The notes: generated from the sequence alone by a model not told the origin. Counted from the first letter of the stretch, positions 1 through 14,423 are shown. The stretch: DNA of 64,000 bases from Epiperipatus broadwayi (GCA_028023455.1 JAQFVV010000009.1:12834001-12898000); one strand, 5' to 3'. Numbers and translations: made by a program.

Positions 1-59
1 ACGTGGCTTCTTTGGGATTATGGAGCTCATTGCCCCTGCATAATTCCTATTAGCAGGCT

Positions 60-190
60 TGCTTTTTTTGACAAAGTTCACATTGGCTGATCATCCTCAC
101 AACAGTCTTATGCATGCCTCGCCGATAAAACCACTGTCTAAGGCACTTTTCAGTTTTCCACACCCCATAGTGTCCATATATTTGGTGGAA
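60..190 (-). pseudogene. Gypsy integrase N-terminal H2C2 zinc-binding region
   Basis: Hand translation: HQIYGHYGVWKTEKCLRQWFYRRGMHKTVVRMISQCELCQK (HHCC spacing). The DDE core lies outside the window. Confidence 0.8.
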
Positions 191-235
191 ATGAGTCACC
201 ACGGCATTCCGCATTTGCTGGAATATTACAGGTCT

Positions 236-955
236 TCAACTTTCCGGTCCCCTTTTCGTTCTGTATTGGAGAACAGCTTGGTCAAGTTTGTATCGGTTGA
301 TCCAACATCTGGACTCATCATTGTTTTCTCTTGTGTTCCTTTCCAGTTGTGTGATTATTTGACCCAACTGGGCATCCTTCCTCTGATGCTGGGCCAATCT
401 CTTAAGATCATTCTCTACCCCTTCATTAACCCTTAAGTTTATTCCTACCACATATAAATTTTCAGCTTTAAGATGACATGATGGCAAACACACTGGGTTA
501 TGGCTAAGAGCATCAGCTACAATGTTATCTGACCCCTTACAGTGCTTTACCACATAATTATACTCTTGGAGGTATAGGCTCCACTGCACCAACCGACTAT
601 TTGTCAGATAACTGTGGTTAATAAATTCTAAACTCTTATGATCCATAACCACAATTATTTTTGATCCCAACAACAATGTGCGGGGTTTTTGGAATGACCA
701 AACAATGGCTAAAGCTTCCTTTTCTGTGGCAGTGTAATGACGCTCAGGACCCTTGAGCAGCCTAATTAAGAAATACAGCACTTTCACTTGACCATCCTCT
801 TGAATCTGTGATACTGTTGCTCCCAGCCCATACCTGCTGCTGTCAGTCTGCACCACAAAGGGTTTCTCAAAATCAGGAAAAACCAGCATTACATGTTTCA
901 TGAACTCTTGCTTCACCTTCTCAATGCCTGGCTTTGCTTTTCGCCCCACTCCCAC
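236..955 (-). pseudogene. Gypsy RT-linker/RNase H fragment
   Basis: ORF 236..955: LVFPDFEKPFVVQTDSSRYGLGA...RHYTATEKEALAIVW...DHKSL...HCKGSDNIVADALS. Confidence 0.9.
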
Positions 956-1760
956 ACTACATCTAATCTAACTAGTGGTTCCATATGTTGAGCAAACTGC
1001 TCCTGAAAACAGGTTGTAGAAGTTACACATACCCAATAAGGATCGTATCTGCTTCTTGGACCTAGGTGCTGGGAAACCTTCAATGGCTGAGATTTTATCT
1101 GGATGTGGCGGGACACCCTGCGATCCTATAGGTGGCCCAAGAATGTAACTTCCTCTTGAAAGAGAACACTTTTCTTCAGGTTTACCTTGATCCCTTTATT
1201 CCAACATTCCCTTAAAAACATTTCCACATCTTTGGTATGTACTTCCACAATATCCGATGCCACCAATACATCATCCACATACATTGTAACTATTTCCTTG
1301 ACCTCATCAGATAATACCCGGTCTAAACATCGCAGTAAACTGGCCCCACTGTTAATCAGGCCGAATGGCATACTGTTAAGCTGATATGAGCAGCCATCAT
1401 ACCTAAAGGCAGTTCACTTACGATCTTTTGGGTGCAGTCTTATCTGCCAATAGCTTGCTGTCAGATCAAATGTTGAAAAAATTTTTTTTCCTTTAGATCT
1501 CCCAAGCAATTCTTGCATGGGTGGTGGTATGTTACAATCTGGGACTGTGACTTTATTCAATTGCCTCGCATAGAGTCATAACCGAACGGAATTATCCTTT
1601 TTCTTGATGACAACTATCGGGTTACAATAAGCTGAGGAGTTTTTTGATATAATACCATATTCCAACATTTGATCTATCTGCTCCTTCACCTGCTCCCTAT
1701 ATTGATGAGAAATTGGGTATGATTTTGCCTTAAATGGTTGTTTCATTTACCTGAATCCTT
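956..1760 (-). pseudogene. Gypsy reverse transcriptase, disrupted
   Basis: YCNPIVVIKKKDNSVRL*, FSTFDLTASYWQI, MPFGLINSGASLLRCLDRVL...MYVDDVLVAS. In-frame stops and frameshifts. Confidence 0.9.
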
Positions 1761-1763
1761 TGT

Positions 1764-2918
1764 TCAAACCCTGGGATCATGCCTGGCCTGTCTGAAAATA
1801 CCTGATTGTATTCCTTCAAGATCTTTCTTAGTATTTCCTCCCCCCCCAGCAATCTTTGCCTGGTCTATTTTTTCTGTTATCAAGTCATCATTGTGTTTAT
1901 CAGCAACTTGCACAGCTCCTATTGGACAATCTGTGCTATCCATTATAAATTTAACCACCTCTCCATTACACGTGTCTTGTCTACGTTCGTAGTTCAACTT
2001 GCATTTATATTTGTATAAAAAGTCAGTTCCTAATAAGACATCACAAATCAAATTTTTCATGATTAGGAATACATGGGGGCAACTTACTCCTTGGATTTTG
2101 ACATCCAGCCATATTTGTTTGGGTTCAACCTTGGTCTTTCTGTTGTTGGCCATTGCCACTTGTACAGCTTTTAATGGTAGAACAGCTATATTTGATTGTT
2201 CTTTGGTGAGTTTATAATACAATCTTTCTGTTATTACAGATATCTGACTCCCTGAATCAATAAGTGCTTCTACTTTTGTCTGTCCTGCTGCTATCCATAT
2301 TTTCGGACATGTTTGGCATGCATAACTCGGTACACGGTCCTCCCACAAACAAATTAGGTTCCCCATGTGTTTTGAATTCAGTTGCTGTCTGAATATTATG
2401 TCTCTTCCTTCTCGAATCCATCTCATTTCCGCACTTATTTCCATTTGACTCAATATATTGTCTATTTTTTTAGATGGGTTGTCTCCATCTTCCTCTAGCA
2501 TCAATCTTATTCTTATTGGCAGGTTTCGGCAGACCATCTTCACAATCTGTTTCACTAACAAATTACATGCTTCTAATGTCCTGAATGTGGCTACTTGACA
2601 CCTAAAAAAATGTACATATCCCTCTGGTCCATCCTCTTGAAACTTCTCTCTTATCAATTGGGATCTAATATTGTCTTACCTTTCTTCACTCCAAAAAGCT
2701 CTCTCCAGGGCTGTCTTGTAATCTAAAAATGACTGCGGTTGGTGTAGCAATGAGTTCCACCAATCCATGGCCTGCCCTTCTAGGTGGCAAGATGCTATTA
2801 TTGTTCTCACCTTGTCTGGTGTTCCATAACACACAAAGTATTTTTGAAAACTCCTAAGGTGATCTATTGGCATCTCTACCTTCTTCCCCCCAAATACTTT
2901 TATTCTTATCAACTCCAT
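1764..2918 (-). pseudogene. Gypsy gag-like region plus aspartic protease, split by a stop/frameshift
   Basis: ORF 2676..2918 (HLEGQAMDWW, retrotransposon gag-like) and ORF 1764..2657 with VEALIDSGSQISVI and DVLLGTDFL. Confidence 0.8.
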
Positions 2919-3392
2919 CCTCTTTATGTGATATATATATATTTCTACGTGCTAGGTTCCAAACCTCCAAACCCCCAAAGCACAGCGCTGCTCCCTTCCC
3001 GGACTTCCTTACGCCTTCAATATTTCACTATGTTATTTCAACCCTCTTGTTTTCCACCTTTATAAAACTTCGCTTTGAAAACTAGTACAGATAGACTATT
3101 GAATCCATAACAAACTGAAAGTTCTTTAAAACCCAGTCTAACCTAAACTGATTACTTTATGAAACACTTTTATATTCTGCACTCAGTTGGTATTTTTCAT
3201 ATAGCCTAAAAAGTTTTTTTTTATATAAACTTAATATTAACTACATCCAACTCTGTCAATATAATATAACTTCCGTTCTCCTAATTTTTTCTTTTAGCTA
3301 AAACAATAATGATCTGACAAACCCAATATGTATATTTTTATTTATTTTCTCAAAAAAAAAAAAAATTCATGCTAATTTCTTTAATTTTTTCT

Positions 3393-3925
3393 TTCCCTCA
3401 TTGACCTACTTCTCTTAAATGCCCTTTTGTTGGGTCGCCATTATAACAGGATTTGCCGTTTTCCATATATATCTTACGCACATATATATAATCTTGAAAG
3501 ATTGCGTGTATGTGTATATATCAATACACGTATATGCGTAATTGTTTAAAAAAAATATTCTTAAATTATTCCATTTTATCGCCCAGCATATTTATGAGCA
3601 TCAATTTATGACCTCAAGCGCCAATCCTATATTTCTATAAGAATTATGCTGGGATAGTATTCCCTCATTGACCTACTTCTCTTAAATGCCCTTTTGTTGG
3701 GTCGCCATTATAACAGGATTTGCCATTTTCCATATATATCTTATGCACATATATATAATCTTGAAAGATTGCGTGTATGTGTATATATCAATACACATAT
3801 ATGCGTAATTGTTTAAAAAAAAAAATTCGTAAATTATTCCATTTTATCGCCCAGCATATTTATGAGCATCAATTTATGACCTCAAGCGCCAATCCTATAT
3901 TTCTATAAGAATTATGCTGGGATAG
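3393..3925. repeat. Near-identical tandem duplication, period ~267 bp, covering the PBS and adjacent LTR end
   Basis: 3393-3657 vs 3660-3925 differ at about 4 substitutions plus A-run length. Confidence 0.95.
3422..3440 (-). promoter_or_regulatory. Primer-binding site of the Gypsy element (TGGCGACC...), duplicated at 3689-3707
   Basis: The minus strand reads ...TGTTATAA TGGCGACCCAACAAAAGGG, upstream of gag. TGG is complementary to the tRNA CCA end. Confidence 0.65.
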
Positions 3926-4569
3926 CTGGAATACCAATATGGAAATGCCCCTGGACTAGCTCTGCTCAGGGCTGTTGGTAAAATTTACTGGCAGTAGATC
4001 TAACCCTCCCTTTTTCTTTCTATTAAAAAAAATCATAATACAAAAACATTCATTTTATACACATTTATTAGCAATGATATTTACGTTTCTATAAAAAAAA
4101 ACAAAAAACATATTATTTACGTAAGTTGAATTAGTGTCTCTTTTCACTTTTAAATCAAAGATTCATATCAGTTTCTTTTTTTTTGTTTGCTCTTTTCTCT
4201 CTTTATCAAAATCCATACACACACAAATACGCTACAACATGTATGTTGCAATGAAGATTTAATTATGGATGAATTAATATGTGAATAAAGACAATAGGAA
4301 ATAATTTGAACTCTCCATGCAAAAGAAAATAAATTTTAAGTTCACAATTGTGTCAAAGAACAGTTTTCTGAATTACGTGGAGTAAGCTTACTAAGAGTTA
4401 CATATATGCAAATAGAGGAAAAAAAGTACCTGCATTTCCCCGGGGAATTGATCGAATTCCCCTGGTGAAAAAGAAATCTCCGGTCCTTTGTCAGTCAACG
4501 GACTTTTTTGAAGTCCGGATTCCATGGCTGAATTCTATTTATTTATTTATTTTACATTTTATGACGATC

Positions 4570-4700
4570 CAACATTGTTACTTATTGAGGCAATTTTCCA
4601 GGCTTGACGTCCCTTCTCCGATATTGGCAGCTGCTATACATTCAGGGGAAGGATTCGAACACCTCACACGTTGAAGCTTCTACCCCAGCCTGACCATATT
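4570..4700 (-). mobile_element. Possible tRNA-derived SINE fragment
   Basis: Minus-strand B-box GTTCGAATCC with GC-rich flanks; the A-box is not convincing. Confidence 0.3.
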
Positions 4701-6499
4701 TTATCAATATATAATCCGATTTCTGGATTCTTTTTTCTGTATATCAATCTAAAGTCTGCTTTCTTCCACTTTCAAACTTATAATAATCCTTAATTCCTTT
4801 TTTTTAATTATCAAATTTATCTTTCTTTTCATTCATTTTCAATTATATTTCCAATCACATTCCATATGCCTTTGTTGGAATGCACCACAAAAGCTTTTTA
4901 CACCTATTTCTTTCCAATTCATATTTAATTAGAATTAGACATTCCAAGATTTTTATAATAATTACTTCCATTGTTCTGCAAAATCACTGTCTTCCATCTT
5001 GACATTTATAGTTCTTTTGTTGACTTAATATGTATATATTTAAAAAGTTTATCAAACAAAATGTTTTTTTTATATTTATTTTGTGAATTTTCATTTTTAA
5101 TGGTTCAAAAACACACTCACACACATACATAGCGATGTGTATAGCTGGGTTTGACAAAAGAAAGAGAAAAAAAATCAAAGCAAGTGTATAACCCCCCATA
5201 CCTCTTTTATGAGTTCTTTTTAATTAAAATAACTAAATCAATTCAATACAACCACGCAAATGACCGTTGATTGTACATCAACTTATAAATATTAGTTTTG
5301 TTAGTAAAGTAATATATATTTTTAATAATGTGTTAAGTATACGAATACGTATTTGTCTAATTATCGCAACAGGGTTTGATTATACCTGCCCTGTTGCAAT
5401 ACATTTAAAACTGGCAATAACTTACTTTAAATAGAAGACTTATTTTTTTGTTGTTGTTGTCATAGTGACTGACACTTTTATTTTTTATTTGATGCATATA
5501 TACAAACACATAAATTTATGCAGATCAGGGTTATGAGTTTCAGTAAAAGACTAATAATAAATTTTTATTATAAGTAGGACTAGCCCTAGAAATTATGCTA
5601 CCCTGTGCAACAATAGCATATTTAGGGCTTCCCCTTAAAAATACTTTTTTAATATCTTAAAAGTTATGATATTGTTTAATCTAGGCTTTGACATGTTTGA
5701 TAATAAATTCTAAGTAACAGCATTAGCTAATGAAAATTCATAAGTTAATAAAAAATGATCATAAACATATACTTTTTACAGAAAATGAGAGCCAAAAGAA
5801 AATAATGCATGCAATCAGTTTTTACACATTTATGCAAAATTTTGTTTCTGAATATCATTTTTTCTTTCCAATTTTCATTTGCAATTTTGCAGCTGATAGT
5901 TTTTTATTTTATTTATTTATCAGATGTATTAGAATATTAAAATTGTTTTAAAACCTAAATCCTAATAATTATATCAAAAAAATATTAACAATGATTGTAA
6001 ACTATATTTATGTAATTATATTTCTATTTTTTAATTAACTGTTTACTCTTAATCAATTACATTATTACATTTGTTTGATCTCATTGATTTATTTTTTGAA
6101 TCAAAATTATAAAAGAGTAAATTTTTATAAATATATTTATCAATGAACATTTTAAAATAATATTAAAAAAATATTTTATACAAATTTACAAAACAGACAT
6201 TTTGGAAAAAAAAATCAGATTGGCTTTTAACTTCAGCTCAAGGTCAACTCATGGCCAACAAGAAATTGGAAATAAATGCATGATATATAGTGTTTTGCCA
6301 AGCCACATCATCTGATATTATCACTGACACTATATTATTTTAAAAGATTATAATTTAAAAAAAATATACAACGAAGTTTTATGATCTAAAAAATTGACTG
6401 ATTCTAGCAGAAAGGAATAATGACTTCTTATCTTTCAAAGGACTTTATTCAACAAAGTAAAAAAATATTTTATTTCTTTTCTCTACATATTATTAGTGA

Positions 6500-7100
6500 T
6501 TGTTAGGAATACAACTAACCCAATGTTTTGAAAGCTAGCAAAAGTTTCACAATTCGATGAACTGTTTTCTATCTGAGGTATTGCAATGGTGGCAAATGGT
6601 ACCTTTTAGTCTTTGCTTTTCACTTGAGATTTATTAATCTTTAGTATAGATTTCTTTCTTATAGGCCTGAAGATATCTGCAATTGAGATCAGGTATCAAT
6701 GAAAAGGTTTTTGTTTGTTATTCTTGTTTCTTTGACATATATTATCCAATTTATTTTTGAATATGTTAGAGTGCCTTCTTGGGTTATAGTTATATATGAA
6801 TTTACAACTTGTAAACTGTAAGGCACAGAGACTTCTTTTTTGATTAAATCAAATAGGCAATTTATATTTTATTTTTGAAGAATGTGAGTATTATTGAACA
6901 AATGTTATTAAGTTCTTGAGATGGAAAAAAAAGGTGATCCAGTGTTTCTGAATCTTTGTGGCAAAGAGAACATAGATGGTCTACATCTTGGCAATCTATT
7001 TTATATTTTATGAACCTTCTTATGACCTATTTTTCATATAGTTTAAAGACCAATTTTGTTTTCTTTAAAAATTTGCCGCCATGTGCAAAGACATAGGTTG
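6500..7100 (-). mobile_element. Possible L1/Tx1-like LINE ORF2 3' remnant (zinc-binding)
   Basis: Minus strand 6925-6990 translates DHLCSLCHKDSETLDHLFF, like the CxxC...ETxxHLF motif. The flanks are too decayed to confirm. Confidence 0.35.
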
Positions 7101-9339
7101 CATAGTTTGAACTAACTCTGATTGTAGGTGAAGTACTGATTAACTAGTTTTGCACTTTTATTCACAGAATTGTCTCCATTACTATATTATAAATTGTGTG
7201 CAGAATTTTGTTATGCATCATTAAAAAATAAAAATAGAAGCTTTTTTAATAATTAATGATTTTATTATTTATTGTTGATCACATCTCTGAGATAAAAAAA
7301 AAAGAAGCCCCAAAACAGTACTATTTTATGAAATTATAATTCAAAGCTCAATATCAATATTTATTTTGGGCCTTAAAAACATGATTTACTATTTTTAAAA
7401 TCTGGTAATCAGCTGATAGGTTAAGATAAAGGCTAAGCGTACTTAAATGTAGTTACCATAGATCATAGATTCTTTGATTACAATCGATCTTTTAAATCCA
7501 ATGCTTTTTTTCTTTCTTTTTTTTTTTTTTTAAAAAAATGTCCAAGATTATTTACTTCTATTTATTTTTCAATATTTATTGCAGCAAATTAAGTACTCAT
7601 GATAGTTTCTACATTTAAGTATTCAGAAATTAAAATGAATTTTTCAGTTTTAGATATTACTTTTTACTTGAGTAGTTTTTACACTGTTATTGTTTTCGAA
7701 TTGGATTATAAATTCAATATATTTATTTGTCATGATTTTAATCTTTATAGTAAAACAGCACTGGACAGCATATCACATTATTTATATATGTTTAACAAAA
7801 AACAAAAACAAAACAACAATACTATGATATACAGTATAATCAAAAAACTTGTATATATAGAAGCAATATTTTCCATGTTTAGGTGGATTAAGGCTGTCAT
7901 TAAATACACACAATATATATATATTGCTTATTAGGGAGAGGAGACACCAAAAAAAATTCAGTTCAAAATTCAGATGGCTTGGTCTGACCATCCGATAGGC
8001 TTTGAAGTTAACAATCTTATTTACTTTTAATGCTGATATTTAATTAAAGCCGTGCTCACCAATAATAATCCTTTCTCAGGACCAAGTGAATTTTTGAGAG
8101 ATTACAGATCTAAAAATATAATTAAAATACAACTAAAATGTTTTATTAAAAAATAATTTTTCACATTTCTTTATTTTTTAAAATAGTAAGTTGAATTAAT
8201 ACCATTTTACAGTTGCACAATATCACGTGATCACATTCAAATACAATAATTAAAGTTTAATGATCCCTATCCAGAATTCATTTTATTTTAATTGCCAAAA
8301 ATATTAATTTTTTTACGACTAACAATTTTTTTTATAATAATAAGGGAGAGCAGGAAGAAAAATAAATGCAAAGGATTGTTTTTTATTAATTATATAAAAA
8401 AAAGGTAATTAAATCAAAACCAGTAGAAGACATGAACTAAAACATCTTAATTAATAGTTAACAAAACTTGCTGTATTGATTACAGTTTATATAGGCTTGT
8501 TCTCATAATGACAGAATGCAAACTATTTTTTAGCCTCGAGTCAAGTAGAAGCAGGAATCCATGCAGCTTTACAAGGAGATGTTTCCATTACCAGCAAAAA
8601 AAAAAAAAAATCAGACATGGATTTTTTTTTTAATTAAATGACAATCACTGACAGTTTAAAAGTGCTTTGAATTATTAAGTAATTTTTATTTAGCCGCAAA
8701 ATAAACAAACATAACAGCAACATCATTTACAAAATTGTCAATTTAATATTATACTCTTGCAAACACGCTCAAAGTTGAAACGTTCGAATTTTATTATTAA
8801 TTAAAGTTCTAAAAACAAAATCAAACAACAAAAATAATTAAAAAACTTAAATGACAAAAGCAGATGATTTAATTCATTAATAAAATGTTAGTCAGTTATA
8901 AACTCAACACTTGACTAATTGAGATTCAATTCAAAGAAAGATCTTTAAACCTTTTGAGTCTTCCACTTTAACTAAAAAATTAAAGTGCTCATAAGGATTC
9001 CAGTAAGGAAAATAAATCAGAAAACTGAAGCAGAATTGTTCATTACTACATTGGTTCTTGAGAATCATCTGACATACCAGTAACTAACTATACAAAATAA
9101 AAATGTTTCCAGGATATGTGAACTCAAAAGTAATTCAGTTACACATTTAGTCTGACAATAAAGTTCACAGATTGGTAATGCCAAAATAAAAATAAAACCA
9201 CATTTTTCAGTTTTTTACTTTTATTTCTTCCAAATAATCTCTTTTGATAGAAAATACTTATTGTTATAATAGTGAATCAAAATATTTTTCTAACTTGTTT
9301 TGTAGTATATATAGTCTCCAATATGTGTGCAGAATCCGT

Positions 9340-9830
9340 TTGCTAAATCTGGCAAATACAGTGGACAATTTTGCATATAAACTTGATTTTTGACCAAAAA
9401 TTATCAAACAATTAATGAATTACGACTTGGTGCATTATCATGAAACAAATTCCAACTACCAGAGCCATCAATTTTTGCTATCAAATACTTTTAAAACTTT
9501 TAAAATTCACCACCTTATGGTCATAAAAAAACAATGAACATAGTTTTGGTTTTTGATCAACTTTTCAATTTCCATTAATGCTTTGTATTTGGATCATACT
9601 GGAAATATCATGTCTATAAGTTACAATTGATTTTAGGAAATTTGAATAATTTCTACTGGCTCAAATTATTTCTCTGGAATGTTGAACTCTAAACAATTTT
9701 TGATCAGCTGATAACTTGTGTTTGAACAAATCTTACACAAATCTCTGTTTTTCCTAAAACCTCTTTTAAATTAACTAAACTGTTTCATGATTGATATTGA
9801 GAGCCTCTTCCATAATTTTAACAAATGCAT
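9340..9830 (-). mobile_element. Mariner transposase remnant
   Basis: MEEALNINHETV..LKEVLG..ICVRFV..LSADQKLFRVQH..NFLKSIVT..YFQYDPNTK..KTMFIVFYD..GSWNLFHDNAPS..CPLYLPDLA (HDNA and YSPDL-like motifs), with an internal deletion. Confidence 0.8.
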
Positions 9831-11242
9831 GATGATAATTTTATATAAAATCATGCATTATTTTCTTTCCTTGTTATGATAGTCTGCCTATATGATTATC
9901 ATCTTTTAGCTTCTCTTTACCTTCTAAAAATCATTTATGTACTTGAAAACTGTTTCACATTTCAAACAATTATCACTATAAATTTTTTGTATTATTTTAT
10001 ATGCTTTTGTGATATTTGTGCCAAGTTTTCTATGAAATTTTATCACTGCTTTTTATTTGTTATTTTCTATATAATGGTGTTTACTAGTAATGTTTTAAAT
10101 GCCATTACTCATGAATGTAAGCATACTATCTCATTCAAATTTGAATAGAATATTTATCATAAATTTGAAGTTTAAAAGAAAATATTGAATTGATAGATGG
10201 TGTCAACCATTCTTGAGTTATAAAACAAGTCTTTAATCTAGCAGACAAAAAGTTATTTTTTAATAATAGAATTGGCAAACAATTGAAAGATGAAATGACT
10301 GTGGGATAATTTGGACATGGAGACAAAAAAGAAAAAGGAAATAAATTTGTGAAATTTGAAGCTAAAAAAAAAATCTGTGGTATGTTTTTTTTCTTTAAAA
10401 AAAGTTTTTGGAAATTCAAATGAACTTATAATAGAGTTAGATTATATTTCATATAACTGAAAAAAGAAATGTATTTCAAGACTGAAATGTGCTTAATAGA
10501 TTCAATCCAGGAAGTATTCAATAAATAGTGAGATGTACATTTATGTGATGTAAAAATTAGATATACAAAAACTATTACGAAAGACTATTTTAAGAATCTT
10601 TAGAAATATTTCATTGAAGTTAAGTCATAAATTGCACATGATTTTAAAATAATGACATTCAATCTTGAATTAATTCATTATTCATCAATAAACTTTTAAA
10701 GGAGTCTTGGTAATGTAAGAAAGAAAATGATATGAAAATATTTAAAAACAATTCATTTAGAAGAATTGAATATCTGGTATTCTGTAAAGTGGTAAGTAAA
10801 AAGTAGAAAAGAATAAAAATATCATAATATAAGATCTTGGTACTGGAAGAGAAATTGTTTTAGCAAAAAGAATGAAAGATAGCAATATTATTAAAAAAAA
10901 GAGATATAAAATATGGGAAAGCATTCTGCAAAGAACGATATGGTAATAAAGAATAAAAAAATCCCAAGTGCTCTACTATTACAACTATTTATTTCAAATA
11001 AAGAGTTGAAACATATCAAATCTACAAAAATTGAAAATTGCCAGAAAGTAATTGAAGACATAGTAAAATTATTGATAAAGCTATATAGTAAATGTGTAAA
11101 TGATAAAGATGTACAGATGACTAAAAAATTTTAATAATGCTGATATTTAATAAAACTGAAAAAATATTAGAAATTGTAGACCATCAATCTTCTAAAAATT
11201 TTGTGAAAAATCTTTACTAAGATTATTATAATTCATCTTCTT

Positions 11243-11663
11243 CAAGGATGGGCACACTATGCCCATAGTCATTTGCGAATTAGCACAATGATTTTTGTGC
11301 TGCCCATGTATAAGTGTACATTTTTTTTTAGATTTTCTCACAAAAGTTAAAATATATAGACAATCATGGAAACAATGCATTCTACCAAAAAAATGCCAAA
11401 CAAAACTTATTAGGTTTGCAATTGTGCATAACTTTTGCATATCTAATAAGCTCTCTAAAATTTCTATCATGAAATTTTATTTCATATTCAAGTTATTGCG
11501 GAAACAAAATTCAATCACATAAAAACATGTACATGATCACACTACTTTCCTTTACTGAGTATCTCATGTAAAAAAAAAGTAAAAACATTTTTTTACATGC
11601 AGCCCACTAGAGACCTTACAGAAGTCCATGTGACCCGAGACCAAAAAAGCTTGTACATTCCTG
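11243..11663. mobile_element. hAT-like non-autonomous element (MITE)
   Basis: Imperfect TIRs CAAGGATGGGCACACT / AGCTTGTACATTCCTG, and a subterminal GACCCGAGACCAAAAAAG resembling hAT-MITE ends. No 8-bp TSD is retained. Confidence 0.45.
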
Positions 11664-14310
11664 AGCTAATTTATACAGTCATGGTTATATCAAATTTTAG
11701 TTTGAGAAACATGAGTATAATGTAACCATCTTATTTAAGCATTTCAATCACCTAATTTAAATATAGTTTCTTGAGATACTCTTAAAATGAAGCTCACAAT
11801 GATATACTTAACATCCATCAGAAAATATATGATTTTCTTCATGCATGCTACTTTAATATTTTTTCTTCACTAGGGATTACCAGCATAAAATTTTTAAGCA
11901 CCATGTCATATTAAATCAATCAATCTTTTCAGAACACATATGCTCAGTTATGTTTTTTTCTATTATCTTGATGATAAAATGATTAAAATAAATAGGAGCT
12001 GAACTTAACATACAAATTTTTTTATATGATTCTTCTAATATTTTTATTGTTATTGTTGTAAATCTTTGATGGAAACAGTGCTTAAATCACAAAATGAATT
12101 TAATATATTATTTAAATGATCTGCAGTTTTAAATTAAGAGGTTATCCAAATCATAACTGCTCTACCAACCCATTTTATAACTGGCTCATTAGCTTCTTTC
12201 AGTATTGGCCAAAAATAAACCTTTACATTTATTGAAAAAAATGTAACTTAGTCAATATTCCAGTCATCTACTATTTACAACAGAAAATAAAAAGTTTAAA
12301 GGATAAAATTGTTCATGAATGTTTTATTTATAAACTCATAATAATAGATTGCTTTGATAGACACTGAGATTTAACTTCTGTAGTGATTTATTTGACTATA
12401 GATTTTTTTTTTGTCTACAATCTTTCATAATATCCACAAACCATTTAAAAAAAAAAGGTTTCTAAATGTAAATGAATTATTTGAGCAGATGTCATCAACT
12501 TTGAGTCTATCAATTTTGAGCACTACATATTTCAGAAAATTTGGAAATATGCTAATCAGACATGAACAATTTGAATCCTTTTAAGCTCAAACATTCTTTC
12601 TCAAAGTCTTGATAAATGTGATGTTAATCTCCCTCTAAAACAATCTTTACTACTTTCACAGTATAATCATGAGTACAGTATATGTAAAGAAGTTATATTT
12701 CAATTATAAATTTGATTTATATAAAATATGTTTACATATAATAGAAATTTATTAAAAAATTTGAAACGAATTGAGAGTAATGGATATTTTCTATTTTTCT
12801 CCTCAAGATGTATTGTCAAAAAAATATTCTAATAGTAAGGACTTTATGTCATATTAGTTTAATCTGCTATGTACACAACCTGAATTTGAATATGGGCTTT
12901 TTCTTACAGACACATTTGAGATTTGTCACTTTTGAGGTACAAGATAAAAATGAAGAACTAATATGCGATTTATTTTGGAGATTCTGAAGCTATGGATTAT
13001 CTCAGGTAAAAAATATTATATGTGGTTTGAAAGATAATTTTGTGAGGAATACAAAGAAATTATCAATGAAGATGTAATTTAAATTTAGTTAATGATAAAT
13101 TGGAAATTATGAATAAACAATAAAGTAATAATTATGTAGAATGTTGAAATTTCTTTTTTTCCTTATTTTTTCTAGTTTCTATCAATGTAAAGCTTTTTGC
13201 TCTAACATTATGAAAACTGAAGTTATTGTGAAAATTGTGACTCTAAGTCAGTTTTTTAAAAATTCAATATGGTGTCAAGGATAGTGAACTAGTTCAAGAA
13301 GAATACATTTTGGAGGTTTTTCCTACTGAAGCAGACTTAATGGATATATTGACATTACATGTTAAATATATCAACTTTTGGGCATTGCTTGCATAGTAGC
13401 CAAGAATAAACTTGCAAATCATTTAATCATATCTGTCATTATATTATATTCTATTTATAATTTTTAATAAAGAATAGATTAAATGAATAGATAAGTAAAA
13501 GAATTAAATATATGAAGAAATTGATAATTTTAATAAAATGTTTTTTTTAAAATTATTTAGTTATTTTAGAAAATTAATTTTTCTCACAGCTCATTAACAA
13601 TTTTTTGTTCAATATTGTATATCGTTAAACACATATGCAAGAAAATTATGAGCTCACATAAATGTTCTACATTATCTTATACAAGTTGAAGAAACATAAG
13701 AATGAAAAGTTAAATTAAAAAAATACATGCTAGATATGGTAAATAAAAAACAAAAGTAATATCTACAAACTTAATGTTTGAATTGCAGAGCAACCAAAGT
13801 GAAACTTCTGAATATTAGATAGATTGAAGGTTTTTATAATTAGATAAGAATTCATTTTCTAAAATATTACTGGAGATCAATGCATTAGTTTTATTAGAAA
13901 ATAAAAACAACAGCAGTAAAATGCATTATATTTTATTTATAATAATTTTTTGTACTTTCCAATTGTTATTTAATTTTCTTCATGTGTTTATATAAGTAAA
14001 CTTTTTTTTTATAAATCAAATATAAATAGGCTGGATAACACAAACTAATTTGGGTGATCAATAAGTATTTATGTGCTAATTAAAAAAATAATAATACTAT
14101 TATAATATGATACAACCTCAACAAATAAAAGAGATGATACACACAAGCATTGAACCCATAATTTATCTTCACCTTAAAAATTTTTCTTATATTAACTTCT
14201 TTCTCTTAATGTTTATGAGATAGGCACAAGAATTATTTCCAAAACTTAGTCAAAGATATTATTAATTGACAAATTAAAATGTTTCAATAACATAATAATC
14301 AAATAGTATA

Positions 14311-14423
14311 ATACCTGGGAGTTCAAACGATGTTCAAGCACCAAAGTGGTTGTTCAGGAGCGATGATCTAAGATACTTGAGCATCAAAGTCTGCCATTCT
14401 ACCACTGTACTAAATCACCTGGA
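14311..14423 (-). mobile_element. tRNA-derived element (SINE head or tRNA pseudogene)
   Basis: Minus strand: A-box TAGTACAGTGGTAGAAT, an anticodon-like arm, a ~50-nt insert and a degenerate B-box GTTTGAACTCC. Confidence 0.4.

Larger units (their letters stand above)
1..3925 (-). mobile_element. Ty3/Gypsy LTR retrotransposon, degenerate (LTR/PBS-gag-PR-RT-RNaseH-INT), runs off the left edge
   Basis: Minus-strand domain order is gag, protease (ALIDSGS), RT (MPFG...YVDD), RNase H (QTDSSRYGLGA...DHKSL), integrase H2C2 finger. This is the Gypsy order. Multiple stops and frameshifts. The far LTR end could not be fixed. Confidence 0.93.

Noticed and set aside
59-2217. Plus-strand ORFs overlapping the Gypsy element
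   Set aside because: Antisense shadows of pol/gag codon structure.
4442-5629. Small hairpins at 4442-4462, 5363-5400 and 5582-5629
   Set aside because: Stems of 8-17 bp with no TSD, family or functional motif; may be chance.
10400-11140. Purine-rich plus-strand stretch with faint LINE 3'-end resemblance
   Set aside because: No diagnostic motif could be read.
12910-13005. Plus-strand exon-like segment (ttacag|...CAG|gtaaaa)
   Set aside because: Stops in all frames, no partner exons and no protein similarity.
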